42,821 nt of DNA from assembly GCA_030167865.1 (NCBI GenBank), contig JALAGF010006348.1:1-42821 (forward strand), given 5' to 3'. Made by a program: the position numbers and the translations under genes. Under the pieces are notes generated by a model that did no database searches, was not told where the DNA came from, and saw only the letters and a list, made by a program, of their open reading frames with translations. Shown piece after piece: positions 20,901-31,100 of the stretch. The first letter of the stretch is position 1. The number at the start of each line of letters is the position of its first letter. This DNA comes from Craspedostauros australis (taxonomy: Eukaryota).

Positions 20901-22775
20901 GCCTCCACACCAACTTCAAGATCAACTCCATCAAAGGACAAGCAGCAACAGGACGATAACAAGACGAGGAAGATATCTGCCACCGACCCAGAAAAGCACG
21001 AAACAAGACGACGGCGGCGGCGGAAGAGTTCCGGGAGGGACGATAGCAACGAGCATGCGCCAAAAGACGCGAAGAGTAAATCACGGCGTCGCTCATCGAA
21101 GAGCACCAGTCGCGAGAGATCGTCGGCATCGGGTTCCAAGCCTCGAGATCGGTCGAAGTCGAACGAGAGGCGCCGTTCCGAAACAGTCCGAGTTCCGTCG
21201 AAGGCATCACGAAGCGATGGCACCAAAGATGGCAAGCGCCGCGGCAGATCATCGGAATCCAGAAGAACGCACAAGCATGATCGCCCCCAACGTTCGAAGC
21301 ATCACCATGAGGATGCAACTGGACGGAGAACTTCGAGAAGTGCGTCGGCATCCGATGGTAGACGGTCTCATTCCACCGATGGCAGAAAAAGCAAGTCATC
21401 GTCTCCAGGAAGGTCAAGCAGGAGAAGGCGACGAAGATCAAGCAATCCAAACAGAAGCGAGGGTGAGAGAGATAGCGAGGGTGCAGGCGCCAATACTCGG
21501 ATGACTAGGAAGGGCAGTCGTAGCAGATCTCGTGGAGACCATGGCAGCAGCAGAAGGAGCAAATCGTCCCCCCAAGATCATGGCGTGGATAGCAGCAGGA
21601 GCGACGGCAAGCACAAGGACAACACCGCACGAATACCGACATTAAGGCCGCTGCCACCGCCGCCGACAACAAAAAGGCCAGAGGCGGTGCCCGCACCGCG
21701 ACTTGCACCTGCCGAGAAGCCGCCCATGCCAAACAATCGGTCCACCCGCAGTACAAGCCCCGACCGTCGTACCATGCGCCGATCGCAATCAGAACGCAAC
21801 ATTCGCAGCGCAAGCCCCGCCCGACGCCACAGCATTGGCTCCGTACCTTCGTCTGATTTCGGCAGTCAGGTTTCGTTCGCTATTGACGAATACTCACCGC
21901 CACAGCTCGCGGATAGCAAACCACCAGTGCCGAGGGAAATCCGCAAAAACGAAGTGCCTTTGACTCCTTTGGTGTCAAAGGAAGGGTTCTCAATTAGCCA
22001 CAGTGAAAGTACGGAAAGCACTCCGCAAGACTCCGGGCCAAGACAGCAATTCACGAGGACACCATCATCTCTGAAGCGAGAATGGATCAGTAGCCTCAAC
22101 TGGAGTTATCATTCGGAACGCGCAAACCGGCCCACCGGGATCTCGATAGAAGATGTGTTCAGTACGAACGATAGCACCATGGGTCCCACGAAGGTCAACC
22201 CAACCAGCACCTCTGTACGCAACGAACAAGGCCGAGCACGAGGACAAGGTGGAATGCGGCTGACACGAAGCAGTGAGAGTTTCAGCTCGCTGCGTCGTAC
22301 CTTGCAGAGCGCGAATTCCACCATCCTGAACAGGAGCAGTGGCAGCGGCAGCGATGATTCATCTATGAACCCGATGTTGCAAAAGGTGCGGTTGTGGAAT
22401 GAACACTTCGTGCTGCCCAAGGAGAAGCAGTACTGCCGTGGCGTGATCGAGTATGCGAATCAAAAGTTCCACATCTCGTCACAGTCATTGGCTTTGACGG
22501 CGCCGACCTCCGCATCTTCGATCCCTAGCTTATCATCGATGGAGAAGGATACGAGGAGTTCCCTCCTTGCCTCACTCGCACCGTCGTCACGCAGCCTTGG
22601 GAGCGGCGTCACGCGTTCTTTGGACAACTGTCATGCTTCATCCGCGACGGATTGTGACGTCTTTGCTGCAGCGCACAAGCATCATTTGGATGAAGTGGGC
22701 TACGGCAAGAACTACATGGAGGAGGCTCGTCTTCGCCACAAACTGAAACGGTCCAGGGATCAGAAGCGGTATTGA
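17937..22775 (+). CDS. Large Ser/Arg/Lys-rich, probably intrinsically disordered hypothetical protein (1612 aa)
   Basis: 4.8-kb uninterrupted ATG-initiated ORF; low complexity with basic clusters (RRRRRK, KRRKRR), RS/SR dipeptides and Pro-rich segments; no globular domain recognised. Confidence 0.8.
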   Translation: MPLLNRTRPTSEKQQSSANLPDLCSTDSEGESSSSETALHAQHVQRQGMKNGGSRNRIGGIPCTTDAIDAATSATSSSKEFGGRRLSQRSIRTSSLRTTDSDSARNPDNQSDAHQHPCPEIGSEDVPASFATEHRGHRERGHREHGHHGQRRRPALASMLSPLSTTRHSESHKSPQSDCTQLTSNTGRKPSLVLSEENNTESASKSPSGNRKCNASMMSFASTIHSSAITEVPSLASTTTADNDSTSTTEPIEALHESLTRSATTQPQPSPLAVLSPSHPSTPKTRNHPTPSSLVNDTQDIPPPPIDVYHTPKQKRRKRRTQRKVPTQSKGKDSASLLSSPPPPPSTCQPTPISLASSAASASVHSVLLTPTIGHRVRQLRQEMESMSSILSSPMTPSMSDSLSSINFSLRIRPAANQRQHQQQSPALHRRCEGSYQTMSSETSSNVRKEKVDAHSSLGASAFLHFSNTSPSHTITTNSNSQDKIMINRTDTDTDATTNQSTQSKSKSNSQSINVSGDGVYISKRHRAAFNHKLLQKSKSTMHLSQSIDTETTTATGDALGSPCLRRSKSKVEGEIQRFLQQELYRSKSSSQLSDIKRASAKASGSKVKHTEAGLDKAKQDKHRSKGTGKKSKRNMSTSKKEKSTRVAADGSVAVTARHHEQRQESCRQISGKESKVRDDRQEKGKRKRKVKDEKSSQRGRSSAKMRDHRHGKRRDSVHVNQEKSTKQRKADVVVVPELDQQKEEAEPVGERDGDAGSKAQQPDRTHQQRYSCPAASQSRSLSPATTNQRLVASFSGFNPNASVGLQKPLGTLLPKPGTSVLNKSASFLDAIAALKQTSPGGDDSTCVSFASFSRNRSSSGYASQKIRSSRTRMEIKPRSPSPSPFYSSMGKCDYTSESEPSKLATPSPVPQQNSRLVEATPTDLGGKPSPSAPQEERDKGEGRHRRGSPNKTRSFRDSRRKEPESSQSSSASSSDMISKRRASVLAGASTPTSRSTPSKDKQQQDDNKTRKISATDPEKHETRRRRRRKSSGRDDSNEHAPKDAKSKSRRRSSKSTSRERSSASGSKPRDRSKSNERRRSETVRVPSKASRSDGTKDGKRRGRSSESRRTHKHDRPQRSKHHHEDATGRRTSRSASASDGRRSHSTDGRKSKSSSPGRSSRRRRRRSSNPNRSEGERDSEGAGANTRMTRKGSRSRSRGDHGSSRRSKSSPQDHGVDSSRSDGKHKDNTARIPTLRPLPPPPTTKRPEAVPAPRLAPAEKPPMPNNRSTRSTSPDRRTMRRSQSERNIRSASPARRHSIGSVPSSDFGSQVSFAIDEYSPPQLADSKPPVPREIRKNEVPLTPLVSKEGFSISHSESTESTPQDSGPRQQFTRTPSSLKREWISSLNWSYHSERANRPTGISIEDVFSTNDSTMGPTKVNPTSTSVRNEQGRARGQGGMRLTRSSESFSSLRRTLQSANSTILNRSSGSGSDDSSMNPMLQKVRLWNEHFVLPKEKQYCRGVIEYANQKFHISSQSLALTAPTSASSIPSLSSMEKDTRSSLLASLAPSSRSLGSGVTRSLDNCHASSATDCDVFAAAHKHHLDEVGYGKNYMEEARLRHKLKRSRDQKRY

Positions 22776-24039
22776 CATCGATTACGTCGAGCACCCACGG
22801 TGCAAGTGCAGCTCCGTACAGGCCTCTGGTATAGAACTGAACACTCCGTGTGTCCTTCGCACAAGACGGAGCATGCCATCCAAAGACTGTGTCTCGCTAT
22901 AATGCACCGTATTGATATCTATCAGTCCTATTATAGTTTTCTATTTCGGTGCACTCGTATGTATGCGTGAAAAGCACCTGTGGAAGTACGAGCACTTTCA
23001 CGCGACCACGCATTCCTCGTTACCAGTCTCAACAAATGATTTCAATCATTGAAAGTCACACAGTCAGATGGAATAGTGTCTCGTCTGTTTTGGAGGATCG
23101 CGTCGGTTCCATTAGTCACCGTGCTGTGCTCCGCACAGGTGTAGGATACTATATTCCGTCCATTTTCTGTACTCGTTGGCAGTCCGATTCCGCAAGCATG
23201 ACGACAGCGACGATGATGGCAATGTTAGCATCGAGATCACTGTGGGGGAAATTGAAACTGGAGACGATAGGAATCACGTCGACGATCGTGGACACGACGG
23301 CGAGGAAACGGAGCACCACGAGCGCACTTCGTTTGCAGGAAACAAACGAAAGAGTCATAAATAGTGGATGTGAGTTCAAGACACAGGAGATCGGTGTGAT
23401 GAGCGATGATGCTGCGCTCTGTGGCGAACAAAAGACAAAGTAAGATCCTAGTAGGACAGAATAGAATGCACCACGCAGTGAACACAAATCTAAAGCAACA
23501 GGATGTACTCTATGTAACATTGCAAGGGAACGATATCGGTGTCACACATTTTTGATGTTCTCTGTGATCTCTCGAAACCATGTGAAAGTATTGTATTCTA
23601 CACAAGTTGAGGCTCACCACTACGAGAATGACATGCACAAGCCTCCCGAGAGGAAACGTCGGAAATCCTACTATTCTTTCGTTCTACGTCCGACAGAAAG
23701 GGGACGGCTGAAGGACATGCTTGACGAATTGGGTGAAGCATCAACCTGTCTTCCCGTCGTCAGGGAAGAACACAACATTCAAAACTTGCCTCCACAACGG
23801 CAAAGTTCGGAAAGTTGGACCAAATGCGAGACCCCAGGTCGCACAACACGCCAAACGGCAGAGTGCACAACGCGACAAAACCGTGTTGGCGACATTCAAA
23901 CCAACACAACAAAACACCACCAACAACAACACCAACAAAGGCAACACAACAAAAGCAAATCGACGCATCCAAACCAAAGAGGTCAACGATTGATCCCATT
24001 CACGATCACAGAGCAGCAGAAACGCTGGGATGCACAACG

Positions 24040-25652
24040 ATGCCAAGGGCAAAGAAGAACGCGAAGAAGAATGGTGATGCTGTGAAGGTCGCGGAGAGCC
24101 CACAAGTTCAGGAACTTCCGAAGCAATGGCGAGCGTTTGATGACAGCTTGCGTTGCGAGATATGTGCAGGTGAGGTCAATTGCTGAGTGCGTTTATGCGT
24201 TTGTGCCGCTTGTACACATCTGAGCTCCTGCTATACTCACAAATATTATCCTTGGCCACTCCAACTACACCATTCCCGATAGACTACTTCTCCAGCGCCG
24301 TGACGATCCAAGGCTGCGGACACTCCTTCTGCTCGGGATGCATCCGCGTGCACTTCAGCAAGGGCGTCTGCAGCTCGAGACGCGAGGCCTGGTGTCCAAA
24401 ATGTCGCTTCGTCGTCAAGAAGGATCCTGATCTCAGTCTCGTGCCGAACCATTCCCTGCAGCAGGTCTTGCAAGAGTACAGGCAGATGGCCGTCCAAATC
24501 GCTGGCGATGGCAGTTGCATCCCCCCAAGTGGCAGATCGGATGCTTGCGATGATGCGAACACTGCAAATCTCAGCAACGAAACATGCATCCGGCGGCAAT
24601 CTACTCCAGACAACAGCACAATGGACACGGACGATGTGCCACAGACGCCACGCACCGTCCTCAAAAAGAGAGGTAAGACGGTCTACACGGGCATGAGGAA
24701 GAACAAGCTCAAGGAGCTCTGCAAACGGGAGGGCCTCCAGGTGTCAGGGACGGAAGCGGATCTCATTGCGCGACATCGCCTCTATCAGCAGATCTGGAAT
24801 CACCATGCAGACAACGTCGTGGAGGAACCCACAACGAAGGACCAAATCCTGGCGATGGTACGACAACGTGAAAAGTCCAAAAACGACGTCGCCAAGCAAG
24901 AAAAGAAGAACGGAGTGTCGCAGCAGAATGATCGCATGGCCAAGCTCAAGGATGCCAGATCGAGGGTGGGCAAGGGCGCCAAGGATATCAAGATCACCAG
25001 CGGCGACGCTGAGTTTGACTCCAAGCTCAACGATGGCTTCTCGAATCTCATCCAGCAGCTGCATCGGCAAGAAGCGACCAACAAGGCCAAAGGCAGACCG
25101 TCCGCACACGAGCCTCAGCCAAAGGATGATTCCAGCAAGGCAACAGCATCAACATCAGCAGCAAAGAAAGCTGCATCGTCAAAAGCTAAAACTGCCACGA
25201 CCAAGACCAGGAGAGGAAAGCAAGTAGCGTCTGCAAAAGCAAAGATCGAAAATGGCACTGAAGCCATCACTAAAACCGACGCTGCCGATCCACCGAAGCG
25301 ATCAACACGGCGCAAGCTGCCAAAGCGAGCCCAACGCAAGGCTGACACAAGCGATTCAGCGACCGCTCCCATGTCATCGGATGATGAGACAGCGAAAACG
25401 CAATCTACAGCGGACACCTCAACGTCGTCGACAGCAGCAGCGGCAGTAACGAGAAAGACCAAAAGGGGAACCAAACGCAATGCCCCCTCGCCAACACCCA
25501 GCGATGTGGCGGAGATCGCCGAAGGAGAACAGCCCAGCGGACGATCCAAACGAAAGCTCGCTGTTCCTTGGGACTGTTCCGTGTGCACCTTTCGCAACAC
25601 GGTACGTACCTGGAAGAATGCAAACTGCGAGATGTGTTCCACGAAGCGGTAG
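24040..25652 (+). CDS. RAD18: RAD18-like E3 ubiquitin ligase (RING + SAP + Rad18-like helix + C-terminal RanBP2/NZF zinc finger); exons 24040-24169 and 24283-25652 (499 aa)
   Basis: Splicing GTGAGG..ATAG (24170-24282) gives the C3HC4 RING 'FDDSLRCEICADYF..AV.IQGCGHSFCSGCIR...CPKCR'; SAP 'VYTGMRKNKLKELCKREGLQVSGTEADLIARH' followed by 'LYQQIWNHHAD' as in Rad18; C-terminal 'WDCSVCTFRN...CEMC'. Confidence 0.8.
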
Positions 25653-26236
25653 TGAGATGTGCACACATGCGTGTGTGCGTGTGGGTGCGTGTGGTATTGC
25701 ACGAACAACAACACCAGCATCCATCTTCCTTGCACCATCACAGCAAAGAGGCCAAAGAGTAGAATGATTTGGAGCAGCGATCCACAACTGTTAGGATAAA
25801 CAGAAAATGGCAAAGAGAAAGGAATCGAACCCCAGACGACGAAATCTGGAATGCCCGGGGATTGCACCCGAAACCGGTAGCCCTAGCCCACTCCGTTGAT
25901 GAAACGGAGTAATTGCCTACTTAAGTAGTGTGAGTACCAAGCATATCATCTAATCTCCTATAATCTCACAACAACATCTTCCATCTAGCTCTCCGTTAAT
26001 TACACCTCTCAATGTACGAGTACAAATTGACTTGTTTCCGACAACTTGTATTACCACGAGAGCCTAGGTCCCCATCCAACAACACGCCTCCACGAATCCA
26101 AACACCAAAGTGCGCGTAGCCATCACCCACCAGGGGGCCTCGTTTGTTGGTGACATTGCTCATGTGGCTGTGATCATCTCTGCGACCGACGCGGTTGATC
26201 AGGATACTGCGGATTGCTGTTGCAGCCACTACGTCG

Positions 26237-27911
26237 ATGATGCAGATGCGCGCTTCCGTTCTCGCCACTTCGATCCTCTATTCACTCAGCGCATCAAGAT
26301 GTGACGCCTTCGGTATCTTTACCGCCAAGCCACGATCGCCATCGGTCCTGCACCGAATGAAGTGGCAGCTGCGTACGCAATTGGACGCCACTGATGTTGC
26401 AACGGATACGAAGGAGGGAGAGGGTTTCAAGGTGATCATCCCAACCCAACCATCGTCAACATGGGATTCCGCACAAGTGGAAGACAGAGTCATGGAGGCA
26501 TTTGATGCCATGGTGGATTCGACCGAGTTCTGGCAGTCCGTGGATCGTGGAATTGCCAGCATACCATTGTTTGGGGATGCGCAAGTGCGGATCCAACGCC
26601 ACGAACATCAACAAGATGCCTTTGAATTGGAGCTGACGGCATCATTGTCGTCAGCGTCTTCGTCGGCGTCATCACCAGCAGCACCAGCAGATAGTCAACC
26701 ACCACTGTCCATACGAGACTTTCGTTGGATATGCGCCAAGCTGCATGAGTGCCGTGCCATGTTCGGAGACGTCCTGGACATGTCCGTCTTGGACGATCTC
26801 ATGATCACGCATCAGCAATCTGCCCAATCCCAATTTGCTGGCACGGATGCAGCACACGCCAAGTTGTCGGGCAGCCCCGTCATCGACGAGATCTTTGCCT
26901 GCAACGTCAATGCCCTGCAGGAACTCAAGACGAACGGATACACAGTCATAGACACCAACCTGCTGGCCTCCGAAGAGTCCCACCATCGATTGTCGCAGCT
27001 CTTGCAAATCAAATCAAGCCAGGACGCCACGATACGGACAGACACGATCAAGTTCTTGGATCGCACCATGGCGACCGACTGCGGGTTGCAACAGCAGCAT
27101 GACGTCTTGATGGGCTTGGCATCTTACCTGAATGAGTATTACTTTGGTCACGATCAAGCATTGCAGGAAGCCTGGCCATTTCCACCACGGTTGCCGGCAA
27201 CCACAGAACGTCCACTGACGAATCCCAAATTCATCCAAGCTGCGGAATACAACGCCAATGAATTCTACGTGGCACATCGGTGAGTATGGCAGTATGGCAG
27301 TATGTACCCGTATAAGTCCATGCACGCCACTGTGTTCGCAACTATGGCTGAAAGAATGCATGAATAATCAATCTTGGACGTCGACGTAGCATTGCCGTCC
27401 TCCTACATACGAGTAGAAATGATCCTCACATGGCTTGTACGGATTGTTCCACACTCACTGACCGAATCCTCAAATGGCGACTCCACATGACAATGCATCG
27501 TGCTTCCCGCCGTGTTGCATTCTCCTTTTCTCCGATAGAGACAACGTGTACCTTGATGACACACAGCAGCAGCGGCGGCTGCGCCCACGACGTCGATCCA
27601 ACCTTCGCTACATCACCTGCATTCTTTACTGCAATGACAACTGGACAAAAAAAGACGGCGGGGCGTTGCGGTTGTATCCCAACACCACGACGCATCCGAT
27701 GACGAATATCAACACGGATGAATTGGAGCATGTCGATGTGCTGCCCTGCAACGGCCGGCTGCTCATTTTCGAAAGTATGCTGCTGCACAGCGTTGAAAAG
27801 GTGAAACATCCAACGAAGAAGCGCCTTGCGTTGACCTGCTGGATCAATCGACCTGACGAATCGTCGTTGGACTTCGCCGACACAGCCGGTAGTGGTAGCG
27901 ACAGCAACTGA
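26237..27911 (+). CDS. 2OG-Fe(II) oxygenase, EGLN/PHD (prolyl 4-hydroxylase)-like; exons 26237-27279 and 27539-27911 (471 aa)
   Basis: Removing intron GTGAGT..ATAG (27280-27538) creates 'FYVAHRDN' (HxD); followed by 'RYITCILYCN..W...DGGALRLY', 'P.NGRLLIFES', 'LHSVE' (distal His) and 'RLALTCW' (2OG-binding Arg). N-terminus looks like a signal peptide ending 'CDA-F'. Confidence 0.85.
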
Positions 27912-28181
27912 AGCACGCGCTGCTAACTGTTGTAATTCTTAATGGGTGGATAGATGGATGGACGCGGAGGTCAATTGATGGATGAATGTGGAGTTGATCA
28001 GTATTCTTATGAATTGTATGCAGTATTCTACGACTGTCGTGTTATCATTTTCAGCTTTCCCATTGTCCAGCTGCGAGTGAACGTGTGTGCGGTCTTAACT
28101 TCACCTCATCTTGTTTCACATTAATTCCCTGCCATGCGCTGCTTTTCCACGTGAAGTCGGTCGGCGCAGCCAGTTTCGTGT

Positions 28182-31100
28182 TCATTGACTTGTGACTTGA
28201 TCCACTTCGCGGATCATCTCCTTCATCAGTTCCTTCCCATGCTTCTCCCATTCCTCTCGATTCGCTGATGCATTCTTGAGCAGCTCCTCGTCGGCATCTC
28301 CGCCGAACAACTTGCTGTGCTCCATCTTTGTGGCCAACGGGAGGACGCAGTTATCAAAGAACCACAATTCGCCGTTGTACCATCCTCGCGTGGGATCCGA
28401 GGCAAGGCGACCGCTCTTGAATGCCGAGTACATTTCCTGGAAGAATTTCTTGTTCCATTTCTTGTACACGTTCCAAAACTGCATGGTGTGAGCGATGTCG
28501 GCGGCCTGCATCATGTTCTCCAGAACAACCGTCGCCCTCAGATGGCTTCTGGTCGTCTTGCTATCAGTGTTGGCGTCTGCATCTGTGGCTGAATCTGCTT
28601 GGTCGTTGGTCCCGAATGCCTTCTGCCACTTTTCCTTCCTCATCAGCTTCAGGTCTGCATCGAATAGATCGGTAGCGACCACCAGATTGACCAGAAGCTG
28701 TCGGAAACGTCTCTTCTCGCCATCGTTGGCAAAAAGACATCGTCGGAGGTCGGAGTAGTTCGAATCCATGAGCAATCCCCATGCCAAATCGATCGAGTTT
28801 TGTTCTGCGATGGACTTGTTGCCGTAGAGGATCGCCATCTCATCCTTTTCACGGACCAGCTGCCCATTTGGAACTCCGGGATGGTCCACATCATGAATCA
28901 GCGCCGCGAAGATGCAGGCGAAGCATGTTAGCGGATCCTTCGTAATGAGCCTTCGGAAATCGTTGCCGTCGTCGATGTTCTGCTCATCGGAGGTCGTCTC
29001 CACCAGCGCCATACGTTTCAGCATCTTGTGAACGCACATCGTCACGTGGCATGCATGTTCAAAACAATGGAATGTGTTTAGTTGGTACGAACATGCGATC
29101 TTGTTCACGTACTCGCACAGCTGCTCGTCCACCTTCTCATCAATCTCGATGCGGTCGGGAGTGATGGCGTCATCATCCTCGTCTTTGCTATCTGCGCCAG
29201 GAGACGATGGGGACGATAGCGATGCTCCGGTGGCATCGGCAGCGACAGGAAATGGGATGCATTCCACATACTCGTTGCGGGGATTGCCCCATTGCATGAC
29301 GCTCCGCCCGATGAGTCTGTCCTTGCCAGTAGCCCTGTCGGGCCGTTCGTTGCCGTGGTCGCCGGATCCGGCCCCCTGATTTCTTGAAGCGGCCGCGGCC
29401 TGTTTCATCTTGGCCTTGTTGCGCTTGTCTGCGCAAGCGCGGTTCTGGGCTATGATCCGTTTCAACTGCTGGGATAGCAGCTCGACGTTCCAATTGACCA
29501 ATCGTTGGAAGTTCGCCGATCGGACGACACCTCCGCCTGGAGGGCCGACGATGACATCAGAGGCAGACAACGCCTTCGAGAAGTCCTCGGAGACGGCTTG
29601 CGAGACGACGGAGCGGTCTGACTCGAGGAAGCTCCCGAGATCCGGAGTTGTAGATGTCTCGTCGGTGTCCTTGGGAGACAACCAGAACCTGTTTTCGTGA
29701 TGGGATGTGGATGAAAAGTGGAGCAAGTATAGAAAAGGGGAAGAAAGACTCCGTGAGAGCATGTCCAGATCTCCAGGCACCATTGAACTTCACCTTCACC
29801 TTCACATGCATACACATACACATACACACATACACACATACGCATGCACCAGTTGGACCGATCGCAACAATGAATGACGACTCACGTCTTCCTGGATCCC
29901 TTGCCCTTCACCGCCACCAATTCCTTGCGCATCTTCAACCAGCTGCCCTTGCCGGCAGCGACTAGCAGATCCGCAGTATCCTTCGAGCATTGGATGCGAT
30001 TTACTTGACCGCAGGTCTCCATGCGCGATGCCATGTTGACGGTGTCACCGAAGAGCTGGAATCGTGCCATCTGGGACTCTTTGCCTCCGTTTTGCAGTAC
30101 GCCACCCGCGACTGGTCCGGAATGGATTCCGACGCGCAGGGACAGATCGGTGGTGTCCGGTCCCAGCTTGCCCTCCAGCTTTTCGCAGGTTTTGGACATC
30201 TTCTGGAGGATGCCGGCCGCGAATCTGGACATGATGATGGCATGATCCGGCTGCGGGTTCGGAAGTCCCGTTGCGGAGACGTAGCAATCGCCCACCGTCT
30301 CGACCTTGAAGACGCCGTGCTTCTCAGCCAGCTTGTCGAATGCACCGTACACGGCTTCCAGCAGTGCGAAGACCTGCGATGGATCACGCGTGCTGGACCA
30401 GTCCGTGAATCCGCAAATGTCGGCGAACAGGATGGTGGTGTTGGGGTACATTTCTGCTTTGGCATGAGCCTTTACATTCGCGTTCGACTTGGATGGATAG
30501 GGCGACCGAATCATGGGTTGGAAGAGACTGGTGCTGCTCTTGTTGTTGTTGTTGTTGTTGTTGTTGTTCGTCATGCTGTTGCGCCTACTTCTCGTCTCAT
30601 TGGTGACCGTGCTTTGAACGTCGCCGGCAAAGCTCATGCTCGTGCCTTCCTCGTCGTCATGGTCGCCTTGATGATGCGACACGGAATGCGTGCTCATGAA
30701 CCGTTCCAATCGAGTCTTCTGCGCTTCCAGCTGCATGACGAGGTCATCGCCGCTGCGATTGGTGGTGTTGTCATGGTAGTCTCGGCCTGTGTGGTCGTTG
30801 TTGCCTCGGTCGTCGTATCCAATCGACTTGGTCGAGGACCGGAAATACGAAGACTCCTTGCCATTCTTGCCCTGCGGATGGCCCGACCCATCCATCAGTC
30901 GATCCTGGATGTCCTTGGGGAAGACGTTGGAAACGATGGCGTGCGAGCGCAGTGCCGATGCCAGCAATTCACGCTGGCTTCGCTTGACTTGGCTGTGGTA
31001 CATGAGGAATGCCACCGTCAGGAAGACGAATGGGATGATGACGATGGATGCATACACCCAAGGTGCGCTGGTGGTGTACCGATCCTCCATCTCCGAGGTC

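Noticed and set aside
20440..21450. 336-aa minus-strand ORF
   Set aside because: Antisense to the 1612-aa ORF; no recognisable domain.
28182..29783. Stand-alone phosphodiesterase gene
   Set aside because: Its apparent N-terminus lies within the predicted intron; splicing completes the cyclase motif KGKG..TFWL, indicating one fused gene.
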